This document shows positions 21,005-30,386 of a DNA stretch of 64,000 nucleotides, piece after piece. A program made the translations under genes and the position numbers. Position 1 is the stretch's first letter. The number at the start of each line of letters is the position of its first letter. The notes beneath the pieces were generated by a model, which saw only the letters and a list, made by a program, of their open reading frames with translations, was not told where the DNA came from and made no database searches. The stretch is from Alistipes sp. (GTDB lineage: Bacteria; Bacteroidota; Bacteroidia; Bacteroidales; Rikenellaceae): NCBI GenBank assembly GCA_045614205.1, contig JAZLCL010000015.1, positions 11,120 to 75,119 of the forward strand, written 5' to 3'.

Positions 21005-23251
21005 TTAGAAACTTACAGTGACATTAGCGAGGAAGTTAATAGGTGCCTGCGGGAAGTAGAATGCCTCATCGTAACGCTGGCCATCCCACATATACGAGTA
21101 TCCATAGCCATTTGACTCGTAGAGGGTGGAGAAGAGGTTATTGATGGCCAAGCCGAAGCGCACATCGCACTCACGCTTTGTTGTCAGAGTATAGCCCAGG
21201 TTAAGGTTTGTAACACAGTAGGCATCCAACGACAGTGCCTCGGTCTCGTTATTTGTGAAATACTGCTTGCCGACATACTGTGTATGCCACAAAGCACTAA
21301 ATCCACCGACATGAAAATCTGCCATAACAGAGCCCATAACAGATGGTGAATATGATATTGTCATCGTGCCGAGATTTTCACCAAATGTTGGACTATCCTT
21401 CATCATGTCAACATAGTCCAAAATCTTATTCTGCGATAGCGTAGCATTTGCCGATAGAGTGAGCCACTTTGCCACCTTCCACGAGGCCATGAGCTCCACG
21501 CCTCGACGAAAACTTCTATCCACATTCGTGTTAAGAGCATCATCACCATCGTTAACCATACCTGTAGCAACCAACTGATTGTGGTATAGCATGTAATAGA
21601 GATTTACACCAACCACCACACGAGGTGCCGTATAGGTATAACCGACCTCAAAATCTATCAATCTCTCGGGCTTTGGATAGCTATCATCCGCCACAAACAT
21701 ATATCTATCCGTGAAGTCGGAACGTGTAGGCTCGCGGTGCGCAACTGCCGCCGAGGCAAAGAGATTATGGCGGTGATGTATGTAGCTAATTCCTGCACGA
21801 GGATTAAAAAAGTTATACTGCTGGTTGACATCTATAGGCTGCATATAGACACCATCATCTGCCCATATAGAATTATCGTTCGTACCCCACGCCTTATAGT
21901 GCACATAGCGATACTGCAAGTCACCAAAAAGGTGTAGTTCGTTATCTTGCAGACCACGCAACACAGTCCAATCAGCACGAGCAAAGATATTAGCATCCTG
22001 CTTCATCACATCGTTGTCATACCATCTACCCGCAACTTCATCACTTCCCAGACCATCGACCCAGCTTATCTCGCCCCAGTGAGGGCAAGTATAGTAACTC
22101 CACGAGCCACCCATGGCGACATCTAGGGAAGATGAATGATATGTAGCAGCGCCATTAACACCCGCAAGATGATTACGCATAATCTTATGACGTATAAGGT
22201 CTGCCTGCTCCACATCTGTAGACAAGTTGGTATATCCAGCCAACCAGGCATCACCCTTATATTGATTATAGTAACCATAACCATAGGTGTAGAACAGCGT
22301 GGCGTTAAGCTGCCAGCCGCCATCAAAACGATGATTTATGACAAGCTGATTATTTAGCTGCAAGTAGTTATCCGTCTGGTCGTCATAGTAGTCTACGTGC
22401 GTACCATCAGCCAATACATAGGGGCCTTTAGAGGTCTCATACTGACCCGACGTGTGATACCTACGACCATATAGTGCCATATCCTCGCGCGACACACCAT
22501 CATACGTAAGGTATGTCTTTGCAGAGCCACCAAACGACAACAACTTAATCTTTGTCCTCGTGCCATAATAGCCCGCCTGCAACATATACGACTTTAAATC
22601 CGTAGCACCACGTTCAATGTAGCCGTCCGAGCCAATATGCGTGAGGCGCGCATCAACAACCCAATGGTCTGCCATAAGACCAGAGGAGATATGCAACGCC
22701 TGTTTGTTGGTATTGTACGATCCATAGGACAGCGATGCCGAGCCTCTAAAGTCGGTAGTAAGAGCATCAGTTGTCATAGAGACAGAGCCACCGAAGGCAC
22801 CCGTGCCATTGGTTGAGACACCAGCGCCACGCTGCACCTGAACACTACCCACAGAGGATATAAGGTCGGGCGTGTCGTACCAATACATCGAGTGTGAGTC
22901 GGGATTATTCATCGCCACGCCATTTATCGTGACGTTGATGCGCGTAGCATCCGTACCACGAAGGCGTATAGACGTAGCACCGATACCAATACCCGTCTCG
23001 TTTGTGGCAATCATGGATGGTGTGAGAGCAAGCACCGATGGCATATCGGAGCCGTAAGCACCACGCACCAGATTCTCCTCCGATAGGTTATCTTGCGCTA
23101 CGGGTGTAGTGCGCTTGGCGTCTGTCGTTGTAACCTCGATAACATCGATGTCATAATTGCGTAGTGTGTCGATTGGGTAGTAGGCATCTTGTGCCTTTAG
23201 CGCCGAACAAAAGATAAACGTAACGGCAATAAAATAAAAAAACCTTTTCAT
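21005..23251 (-). CDS. TonB-dependent receptor, probably for thiamine
   Basis: Signal peptide, plug IRLRGTDATRINVTING, QVQRGAGVSTNG.GAFG, C-terminal FPQAPINF..VTVSF; TPP riboswitch upstream. Confidence 0.88.
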   Translation of the reverse strand: MKRFFYFIAVTFIFCSALKAQDAYYPIDTLRNYDIDVIEVTTTDAKRTTPVAQDNLSEENLVRGAYGSDMPSVLALTPSMIATNETGIGIGATSIRLRGTDATRINVTINGVAMNNPDSHSMYWYDTPDLISSVGSVQVQRGAGVSTNGTGAFGGSVSMTTDALTTDFRGSASLSYGSYNTNKQALHISSGLMADHWVVDARLTHIGSDGYIERGATDLKSYMLQAGYYGTRTKIKLLSFGGSAKTYLTYDGVSREDMALYGRRYHTSGQYETSKGPYVLADGTHVDYYDDQTDNYLQLNNQLVINHRFDGGWQLNATLFYTYGYGYYNQYKGDAWLAGYTNLSTDVEQADLIRHKIMRNHLAGVNGAATYHSSSLDVAMGGSWSYYTCPHWGEISWVDGLGSDEVAGRWYDNDVMKQDANIFARADWTVLRGLQDNELHLFGDLQYRYVHYKAWGTNDNSIWADDGVYMQPIDVNQQYNFFNPRAGISYIHHRHNLFASAAVAHREPTRSDFTDRYMFVADDSYPKPERLIDFEVGYTYTAPRVVVGVNLYYMLYHNQLVATGMVNDGDDALNTNVDRSFRRGVELMASWKVAKWLTLSANATLSQNKILDYVDMMKDSPTFGENLGTMTISYSPSVMGSVMADFHVGGFSALWHTQYVGKQYFTNNETEALSLDAYCVTNLNLGYTLTTKRECDVRFGLAINNLFSTLYESNGYGYSYMWDGQRYDEAFYFPQAPINFLANVTVSF

Positions 23252-23295
23252 ACTTTAAATTAATTAAGTTGAAAAGGGGCTATTAAGATATTTCC

Positions 23296-23412
23296 TTCTT
23301 CCCGGTCTCGGCATTACCCGTATCCGGTGCAATGGGTCTAATCTCAGCCTTCCACCGCACCACGACTCTATCCGGAACTCGAACCGCAACGCAGAGGTTA
23401 GCACCCCTTATG
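23296..23412 (-). ncRNA. TPP-class riboswitch (variant aptamer)
   Basis: AGGGGUGC, long G-U-rich P3, GCUGAGA, ACCC, CACCGGAU-ACGG-GUAAUG-CCG, GGGAA; starts just after a TATATTTG box at 23418-23425. Confidence 0.88.
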
Positions 23413-23702
23413 TGCCGCAAATATACGAATAATTTTTCATTTGCAACATTCTAACGATTTTTTTACAGCACAAATGCATTATTTGAGTTAAAACACTATA
23501 AATCAACATATTAAATATTAATAGCGTAACTCATTGATTATCAACACTATGAAAAATTAGCAAAATTATACCTTTTCAACACATTGATTTTCAATATATT
23601 AAAAACACCTTCGCGGAAATATTTTCGACCTGAAAATTTGGTAAAAGGCCACGTTACACAGTAACTTTGCACTAACAAAAACAACAAAAAACTAATCATA
23701 CC

Positions 23703-24431
23703 ATGAGTCTGCAAAAATTAATAGTACACATGATTGCTTGTATGGCATTGAGCATGGCGTGCGTGGACGTGGCGCATGCGCAATACACATATAAGTTTAG
23801 CGACGAGCTGGGCACATACAAAGTAGTGTTCACACCCGCCGACAAGGCCACCCAATTTACCAACCCTATTGCCAAGCCACTCAACCCACACACACATGAG
23901 TTCCGCCTGGGCATAACATGGGGAGGTACTAACGAGTGGTGCTCACCAGCATTCACGAATGATTTAGGGACAGTTAATGGTGCCCTACTCCCACAAAACA
24001 GCGTATGGGGCCCTCAACACTGGTATTCAGCAACGATAGACTACGGATACTGGATAACGGAGTGGTGCAGCATAGGAGGTACCGCAACATGGACAGCGGG
24101 CGTACGCAACATATATAATAACGACACGCAGAAGCGAGCACTGACATTGCGTGAGGACTACATAGCCGTAATGCCCATAGCGCGCTTCGCATGGTATCGC
24201 AACGGCTGCGTACAGCTATACTCGAGTTTTGGCATTGGACTCGGCATAGAACGCTACCGACGATACTGGGATGGAATAGAGAGTCTCTACAGCGCATACT
24301 GCACCTTTGACATTAAGCCTCTCGGCATTGCCGTAGGTCGCAAATGGTTTGGCTTCGCCGAGGTGGGCTATGGATCGCGAGGCATAGTGAATGTTGGTGT
24401 CGGCCATCGTTTTAACTCTAAAACAAAATAG
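23703..24431 (+). CDS. Outer-membrane beta-barrel protein, unknown function
   Basis: Signal peptide (AHA-Q), alternating aromatic/Gly strands, C-terminal GFAEVGYG..G.VNVGVGHRF; TAACTTTG box at 23662-23669. Confidence 0.7.
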   Translation: MSLQKLIVHMIACMALSMACVDVAHAQYTYKFSDELGTYKVVFTPADKATQFTNPIAKPLNPHTHEFRLGITWGGTNEWCSPAFTNDLGTVNGALLPQNSVWGPQHWYSATIDYGYWITEWCSIGGTATWTAGVRNIYNNDTQKRALTLREDYIAVMPIARFAWYRNGCVQLYSSFGIGLGIERYRRYWDGIESLYSAYCTFDIKPLGIAVGRKWFGFAEVGYGSRGIVNVGVGHRFNSKTK

Positions 24432-24433
24432 TT

Positions 24434-25153
24434 ATGAGAAGATATAGATTTTTAGCGTTGCTACTTGCAACACTCGTAGTGGGCACAGCGCACGCACAAG
24501 AGGTGGTAAGCGACCAGCTTATATATAACCGCGTGACAGGATTCATGGAGACTAATGGTCACAGCGAAGAGTATATCGTAACGCCAAGCAAGAATATACA
24601 GACGATACGCTTCGAGCACGACATACGCCTATCGTATGGTGCACCAGGACTAATATCATTGGCACTTCTTGACCGTATATCCTTCGGCTGCGGCTGCGAC
24701 ATAGGGCCTCAAGATTTACCATCACAGATAAAAAATCTTCGTAGCTACGACGGCCCAACATATATGCTTGCCAACATAGGCTTAAGCTACAGCAAGCAAC
24801 TGAAGCCTTGGTTTGCTCTCGGCGCGAAGGGCACCTTTGCTGCAACATGGCAGAATACATACGACACCTTCACAAACGAGAAGCTGTATGACAACAACTG
24901 CTACGTAACATCCATAATGCTCGAGAGTCGCTTCAGCTGGCTACGTCGCGAGAAGGTAGAGCTATACTCATCTATCGCATTGGGCATCATGGCACACATA
25001 GAACGTATGAATGGAGGCATTGCTCCAATATTTGACACCACACTATTTGGTGTTAGCTTCGGTCGCGCGCTATACGGCTTCGTGGAGATTGGAGCCGGTG
25101 TAGGGGGCTCGGCACGCGCTGGCATAGGTTATAGGTTTAACGGTAAAAAATAG
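24434..25153 (+). CDS. Outer-membrane beta-barrel protein, paralog of the upstream gene
   Basis: Signal peptide (AHA-Q), RFSWLR...LYSS, C-terminal GFVEIGAG..G..RAGIGYRF. Confidence 0.7.
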   Translation: MRRYRFLALLLATLVVGTAHAQEVVSDQLIYNRVTGFMETNGHSEEYIVTPSKNIQTIRFEHDIRLSYGAPGLISLALLDRISFGCGCDIGPQDLPSQIKNLRSYDGPTYMLANIGLSYSKQLKPWFALGAKGTFAATWQNTYDTFTNEKLYDNNCYVTSIMLESRFSWLRREKVELYSSIALGIMAHIERMNGGIAPIFDTTLFGVSFGRALYGFVEIGAGVGGSARAGIGYRFNGKK

Positions 25154-25159
25154 CATATT

Positions 25160-25942
25160 ATGAGACGATATATAACAATGATGATGTTTACCATCGCAAC
25201 ACTTGCGACATCATGCGCCATAAGCGATGGTGAGGATAAGAAACCGATTGATATAGGCAAGGCTATAGCATATGAGACACACGAGATACTCTCTGAGTAC
25301 AACTTCGACATCCGCCTGGCGCTGATGTGCGATAGGTACATCACAACCGAGGATGAGGCAACACGCGCAATAATATACCGCGACTTTATAGGTTACTATG
25401 GATATGAAATAGAGCACAATAGCGAAACTGGAGATATAACAATTACAAGTGGTAGTCAGAATTGGGTGTATATAATATTCCATACAGGAGGCACACCACT
25501 ATCCGAGGGTGGCACATGGACAACAACAGATGGCTACAACCAGACATTCACGGCCACAGACGAGAGTGTAGTGGTGACCGCCAACATACCAGAGGAGTAT
25601 ATCATGTATGGCAAGTATGAGTTCCTGATTAGCAACATCTCATACGACATAGAGAAGGGCTTGAGCTACAACATGGAGGGCTTCATGGATTTGATATTCG
25701 ACAAAAATGAAGCGAGTCTATACATGACAACCACAAAGCCGTTATGCTTCAGCACGGAGCACAACAAGAACTACACAAGCTACTACAAGAATGGTTACAA
25801 GGGTTTCTACGAGGGTGCCATCGATATCACATACTACGACATTAACACCTACTCTGTACAGATGTCGTATATAGACTCCGAGAGTATTAAGGTTAAGTAC
25901 TTTGGCGAGTCATGTTCTATGACAAACTACAAATTCAGATAG
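25160..25942 (+). CDS. Hypothetical lipoprotein
   Basis: Lipobox LATSC followed by acidic residues; 260 aa, Tyr-rich. Confidence 0.65.
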   Translation: MRRYITMMMFTIATLATSCAISDGEDKKPIDIGKAIAYETHEILSEYNFDIRLALMCDRYITTEDEATRAIIYRDFIGYYGYEIEHNSETGDITITSGSQNWVYIIFHTGGTPLSEGGTWTTTDGYNQTFTATDESVVVTANIPEEYIMYGKYEFLISNISYDIEKGLSYNMEGFMDLIFDKNEASLYMTTTKPLCFSTEHNKNYTSYYKNGYKGFYEGAIDITYYDINTYSVQMSYIDSESIKVKYFGESCSMTNYKFR

Positions 25943-25976
25943 CAACATATAAGTTGTGCTATGGCATAATCACATC

Positions 25977-26010
25977 GAGGGTGTCCTGCGAGTAATGTCG
26001 GGACACCCTC
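25977..26010 (+). terminator. Hairpin/terminator
   Basis: GAGGGTGTCCTG...CGGGACACCCTC then AACTTTT. Confidence 0.6.
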
Positions 26011-26093
26011 AACTTTTAAGTTGTATATTAACATATTTATTGCTATCTTTGTGCGAATATATAGACTCAAAGCCTTAAACAACAAAATAGACT

Positions 26094-26747
26094 ATGAAAC
26101 GTATTATTGCTCCGTCGGTTCTATCTGCCGACTTTGGAAACCTCAACCGTGACATGGAGATGCTTCAGCGTTCACAAGCCGAGTGGGTTCATGTAGATGT
26201 TATGGATGGTGTATTCGTTCCAAATATATCATTCGGATTTCCTCTGATGAAGCCACTTCGCAAGGGCACAACAAAAGTGCTCGACGTGCACCTCATGATC
26301 ACAGCACCCGAGAAGTATGTCACACGCTTCGTGGAGGCAGGTGCCGACTATGTGACATTCCACTATGAGGCAACAGAGAACATCGACGAGTGCATAGAGC
26401 TAATACGCAAGGCTGGTGCAAAGGTGGGCATATCAATCAAGCCAGGCACAGAGCCCGATGTGCTCGATAAGTGGCTACCACAGCTCGACCTTATCCTCGT
26501 GATGAGTGTGGAGCCAGGTTTCGGTGGCCAGAAGTTCATGCCATCATCTATCGCCAAGTGCGAGTATCTCAACCGTAAGAAGCAAGAGCTTGGCCTCGAC
26601 AACCTAATCATTGAAGTTGATGGCGGTATCTCGGCAGCAAACTCACGCCTACTCTTCGATGCAGGTGCCGAGGCACTCGTTGCCGGCAGTTCTGTATTTG
26701 GTGCTCCCGACCCCGAGCAGGCAATTATTGACATGATAAACTCATAG
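26094..26747 (+). CDS. rpe: Ribulose-phosphate 3-epimerase
   Basis: IAPSVLSADF, HVDVMDG.FVPN, DVHLM, MSVEPGFGGQ, EVDGG; TATCTTTG box at 26044-26051. Confidence 0.97.
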   Translation: MKRIIAPSVLSADFGNLNRDMEMLQRSQAEWVHVDVMDGVFVPNISFGFPLMKPLRKGTTKVLDVHLMITAPEKYVTRFVEAGADYVTFHYEATENIDECIELIRKAGAKVGISIKPGTEPDVLDKWLPQLDLILVMSVEPGFGGQKFMPSSIAKCEYLNRKKQELGLDNLIIEVDGGISAANSRLLFDAGAEALVAGSSVFGAPDPEQAIIDMINS

Positions 26748-26754
26748 TTCAGAG

Positions 26755-28683
26755 ATGATATCCCTCGATAACCTCACGATAAGTTACGGCGGTTGGACAC
26801 TCTTCGACAGCATATCGTTCATGATAAACCCCAAGGACCGCATAGGACTTGTGGGCAAGAATGGCGCCGGCAAGACAACGCTACTGCGTGTCATCACGGG
26901 CGAGCAGCAACCAACAGATGGTGCCGTGACAATAAATGGCGAGTGCACGATAGGCTACCTACCACAGCAGATGCGTGTGGCAGATACCACATCACTTGTA
27001 GCCGAGACAGCAAAGGCCTTCGACGAGGTGCTTCGCATCGAGGCAGATATCGAGCATCTGACAAACGAGATAGCCTCACGAACAGATTATGAGTCAGCAG
27101 CATATGCCGACCTCATACACAAACTCAACGAGGCAAACGACCGCTACCATATACTCGGTGGCGACACCCGGGAGGCGGACATAGAACGCACACTGCTCGG
27201 CCTTGGATTTAAGCGTAGCGACTTTGAACGCCCCACACGTGAGTTCTCGGGAGGATGGCGCATGCGTATCGAACTTGCAAAGCTACTACTACGCCGCCCC
27301 TCCATCTTCCTCCTCGATGAGCCCACCAACCACCTCGACATCGAGAGTATACAGTGGCTCGAGGAGTACCTCAAGAACTACAACGGCGCAGTGCTCCTCA
27401 TATCGCACGACCGCGCCTTCCTAGACAATGTGACAACACGCACAGTGGAGATATCGCTGGGCAAGGTATACGACTACAAGGTGCCCTACTCGAAGTTTGT
27501 GGAGCTACGTGCTGAACGTCGTGCGCAGCAGATGGCGGCATACGAGAATCAGCAGCGCATGATTGAAAAGACCGAGGAGTTCATCGAGAAGTTCCGCTAC
27601 AAGCCAACGAAGAGCAACCAGGTGCAGTCGCGCGTCAAGCAGCTAGAGAAGCTCGACCGCATAGAGGTTGATGAGGAGGATCTATCACGCCTAAACATCA
27701 AGTTCCCGCCCGCACCACGTTCAGGACAGATTGTCGCAGACATAAAGGGTGTAGGCAAAGCCTTTGACCAAAAGCGCATATTCGCTGGTGCGGAGTTCAC
27801 GATAGAGAGGGGACAGAAGATAGCCCTTGTAGGTCGTAACGGCGAGGGTAAGACAACCTTCGCACGAATGCTCATTGGCGAGCTCGAGGCAACAGAGGGC
27901 GAGATAAAGATTGGTGCTAACGTTAACATAGGTTACTATGCACAGAATCAAGACGACCTCATGGATGGCGAGTTCACGGTATTCGACACCCTCGACCGTG
28001 TTGCCGTGGGCGACATACGCACACGTCTACGCGACATCCTTGGCGCCTTCCTTTTCCGTGGCGAGGATATTGAGAAGAAGGTTAAGGTGCTCTCGGGAGG
28101 TGAACGATCACGCCTGGCCATGGCGCGTCTGATGTTAGAGCCCTACAACCTACTAATCCTCGATGAGCCCACAAACCACATGGATATGCGTTCCAAGGAT
28201 ATCCTGAAGGATGCACTCCAGAAGTTTGACGGCACGGTGGTGGTAGTATCGCACGACCGTGAGTTCCTAGATGGCCTTGTGGACCGCATATACGAGTTCC
28301 GCGACGGTGGTGTAAGAGAGTATCTTGGCGACATATGGTACTTCCTCGAGAAGCGCAAGGTGGAGTCACTACAGGATATTGAACGCAAGGATCGACCCGC
28401 GACAGACAAGAGCACAGACAACACCAACGGCAAGCTCACTTACGAGCAGAAAAAGGAACAGGAGAAGCTTCTGCGCAAGCTACGCAAGGCCGTAGATAGC
28501 ATCGAGGAGGAGCTGGCAAAGGTGGAGGCAGAGATTGCCGCCTACGATGCGCGCTTCGCAACAGCCACAGAGTATAATGCCGACGACTACGCCAAGTATG
28601 ACGCCCTCAAGCAGCGCTATGACAGCCTCATGCACGAGTGGGAGAAGGCATCGTACGAGTTGGAGATAACAGAGCAAAATTAA
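26755..28683 (+). CDS. ABC-F family ATPase (ribosome-associated)
   Basis: Two ABC cassettes (GKNGAGKTT/FSGGW/LDEPTNH and GRNGEGKTT/LSGGE/LDEPTNH), no TM segments, C-terminal coiled coil. Confidence 0.92.
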   Translation: MISLDNLTISYGGWTLFDSISFMINPKDRIGLVGKNGAGKTTLLRVITGEQQPTDGAVTINGECTIGYLPQQMRVADTTSLVAETAKAFDEVLRIEADIEHLTNEIASRTDYESAAYADLIHKLNEANDRYHILGGDTREADIERTLLGLGFKRSDFERPTREFSGGWRMRIELAKLLLRRPSIFLLDEPTNHLDIESIQWLEEYLKNYNGAVLLISHDRAFLDNVTTRTVEISLGKVYDYKVPYSKFVELRAERRAQQMAAYENQQRMIEKTEEFIEKFRYKPTKSNQVQSRVKQLEKLDRIEVDEEDLSRLNIKFPPAPRSGQIVADIKGVGKAFDQKRIFAGAEFTIERGQKIALVGRNGEGKTTFARMLIGELEATEGEIKIGANVNIGYYAQNQDDLMDGEFTVFDTLDRVAVGDIRTRLRDILGAFLFRGEDIEKKVKVLSGGERSRLAMARLMLEPYNLLILDEPTNHMDMRSKDILKDALQKFDGTVVVVSHDREFLDGLVDRIYEFRDGGVREYLGDIWYFLEKRKVESLQDIERKDRPATDKSTDNTNGKLTYEQKKEQEKLLRKLRKAVDSIEEELAKVEAEIAAYDARFATATEYNADDYAKYDALKQRYDSLMHEWEKASYELEITEQN

Positions 28684-28697
28684 GAAACATAGATTAT

Positions 28698-29429
28698 ATG
28701 GAAAACATCATTTTTGGTATACGCCCCGTTGCCGAGGCCATAGAGGCTCGCAAGCAGATTGAACGTATCTACATACGCAAGGGCGCAGATGGTCAGCTCA
28801 TGAACGACCTCAAGGACCTCATGGCACGCCACCACATACGCTATCAGGAGGTGCCCGTCGAGAAGCTCAACCGCCTCACTCGCGGCAACCACCAGGGTGT
28901 CGTAGCACAGACTGCTGCCATAGCATACGTGGAGCTCAACGACATCCTTGAACGTGTTCCCGAGGATGAGACACCGCTGATCGTGGTATTTGACGGCGTC
29001 ACCGACGTGCGCAACTTTGGCGGCATAGCACGTTCTGCCGAGTGCGCAGGTGCTCACGGACTTATCACACCACTCAAGAACTCTGCACCCGTAAATGGCG
29101 ATGCTATACGTTCTTCAGCGGGCGCACTACAAAATATCCCAGTATGCCGTGTAGGCTCAATACGCAACACGCTTAAGGCATTGCAGGCCGAGGGCTTCCA
29201 GATTGTAGCAGCAACAGAGAAGAGCCGTAAGCTACTCTACGATGCCGACTTCCGTAAGCCTACAGCCATAGTCATGGGTGCCGAGGATAAGGGTATATCG
29301 AAGGAGGTACTCAAGCTATGTGACGAGCAGCTTGCCATTCCACTTATTGGTCACACCGAGTCTCTCAACGTATCTGCTGCTGCGGCCATCATGCTCTTTG
29401 AGGTTGTGCGCCAGCGCATAGGCGAATAA
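28698..29429 (+). CDS. rlmB: 23S rRNA Gm2251 methyltransferase (SPOUT)
   Basis: IFGIRPVAEA, NHQGVVA, DGVTDVRNFG, GAEDKG, ESLNVS; start moved to the ATG at 28698. Confidence 0.93.
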   Translation: MENIIFGIRPVAEAIEARKQIERIYIRKGADGQLMNDLKDLMARHHIRYQEVPVEKLNRLTRGNHQGVVAQTAAIAYVELNDILERVPEDETPLIVVFDGVTDVRNFGGIARSAECAGAHGLITPLKNSAPVNGDAIRSSAGALQNIPVCRVGSIRNTLKALQAEGFQIVAATEKSRKLLYDADFRKPTAIVMGAEDKGISKEVLKLCDEQLAIPLIGHTESLNVSAAAAIMLFEVVRQRIGE

Positions 29430-29998
29430 TGAAGATTATAGAGCATAACTTGCTTGGTAAGATAGAGTGTGTACGCAGCATGCGTGCACACTCTATTCGC
29501 CTTGCTGTACGCTATGATGGCACACTACGCCTCACATACCCCCTCTTCTGTAGTAGCAGCAAGGCTATAGCCTTTGCCGAAAGCAAGGCATCGTGGGTGG
29601 AACGCACACGTATGCGCATATCGCAACGCGCAGCACTCCTACCAACGATAAGCGTCGCCGAGGTTGAGCAGCTACGCCGTGCAGCACGCGCCTACATACC
29701 CACCACCCTTGCACGCCTTGCCGACAAGCACGGCTTCACATACACCTCGCTACGCATATCTAAAGCACACACACGATGGGGCTCATGCAGCGGGCGCAAC
29801 AGCATAAGCATATCTCTATTCGTGATGCTACTACCAGAGCATATACGCGAATTTATACTCCTACATGAACTATGTCACACACGCCACCATAACCACTCCG
29901 CAGCATTCCACTCGCTACTAAACACACTCGTCGGTGGCAACGAACATCTATTAAACGCCGAGCTTAAACGCCACCGCATACCGAGCATCAGGGAATAA
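29429..29998 (+). CDS. YgjP/DUF45-like metallohydrolase
   Basis: TRWGSCS and LHELCH...NHS..F motifs; start overlaps the rlmB stop. Confidence 0.85.
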   Translation: MKIIEHNLLGKIECVRSMRAHSIRLAVRYDGTLRLTYPLFCSSSKAIAFAESKASWVERTRMRISQRAALLPTISVAEVEQLRRAARAYIPTTLARLADKHGFTYTSLRISKAHTRWGSCSGRNSISISLFVMLLPEHIREFILLHELCHTRHHNHSAAFHSLLNTLVGGNEHLLNAELKRHRIPSIRE

Positions 29999-30003
29999 AA
30001 AAA

Positions 30004-30030
30004 TGAGGTTGCCCTGTTTGGACAACCTCA
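30004..30030. terminator. Terminator hairpin between convergent genes
   Basis: TGAGGTTGCCC...GGACAACCTCA with an A-run on the left. Confidence 0.7.
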
Positions 30031-30051
30031 CATATTAGAACTATCGCAGTA

Positions 30052-30336
30052 CTAGTTGTTGCAAACTGCGCTCAAATCAGCGAACAAACCAGCGAAGCTC
30101 TCAACCATGTCACGACGCAATGCAGCATAGTGCTTCTTAACGAGTGAACGATTCTTTGGCTCTACTGGGTTATTAGCCTTTACGTAGAGCACGTTACGCA
30201 ACTCAACACCCTTCTGCATCAACTCTACAACCTGCTCCTCCTTGTTAGGCTGAACAAAGATGGCCATGTGGCAGTCGAAAGCGAACTCCTCGAGACGATA
30301 GTCAATCTCCTTCTTCAAATTTCTTAAATTTGCCAT
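30052..30336 (-). CDS. Small conserved-type Bacteroidales hypothetical protein (94 aa, helical)
   Basis: MANLRNLKKEIDY N-terminus, own TATCTTTG box at 30368-30375, strongly biased codons. Confidence 0.75.
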   Translation of the reverse strand: MANLRNLKKEIDYRLEEFAFDCHMAIFVQPNKEEQVVELMQKGVELRNVLYVKANNPVEPKNRSLVKKHYAALRRDMVESFAGLFADLSAVCNN

Positions 30337-30386
30337 AATATTTAGGTTTTAAACATTTGCTATTATGCAAAGATAAGAAAATGTAT

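Noticed and set aside
28638-28697. N-terminal extensions in the track for rlmB (also 57057, 57578, 40826 and 50803 starts)
   Set aside because: They overlap upstream genes or promoter boxes; downstream ATGs match the family N-termini
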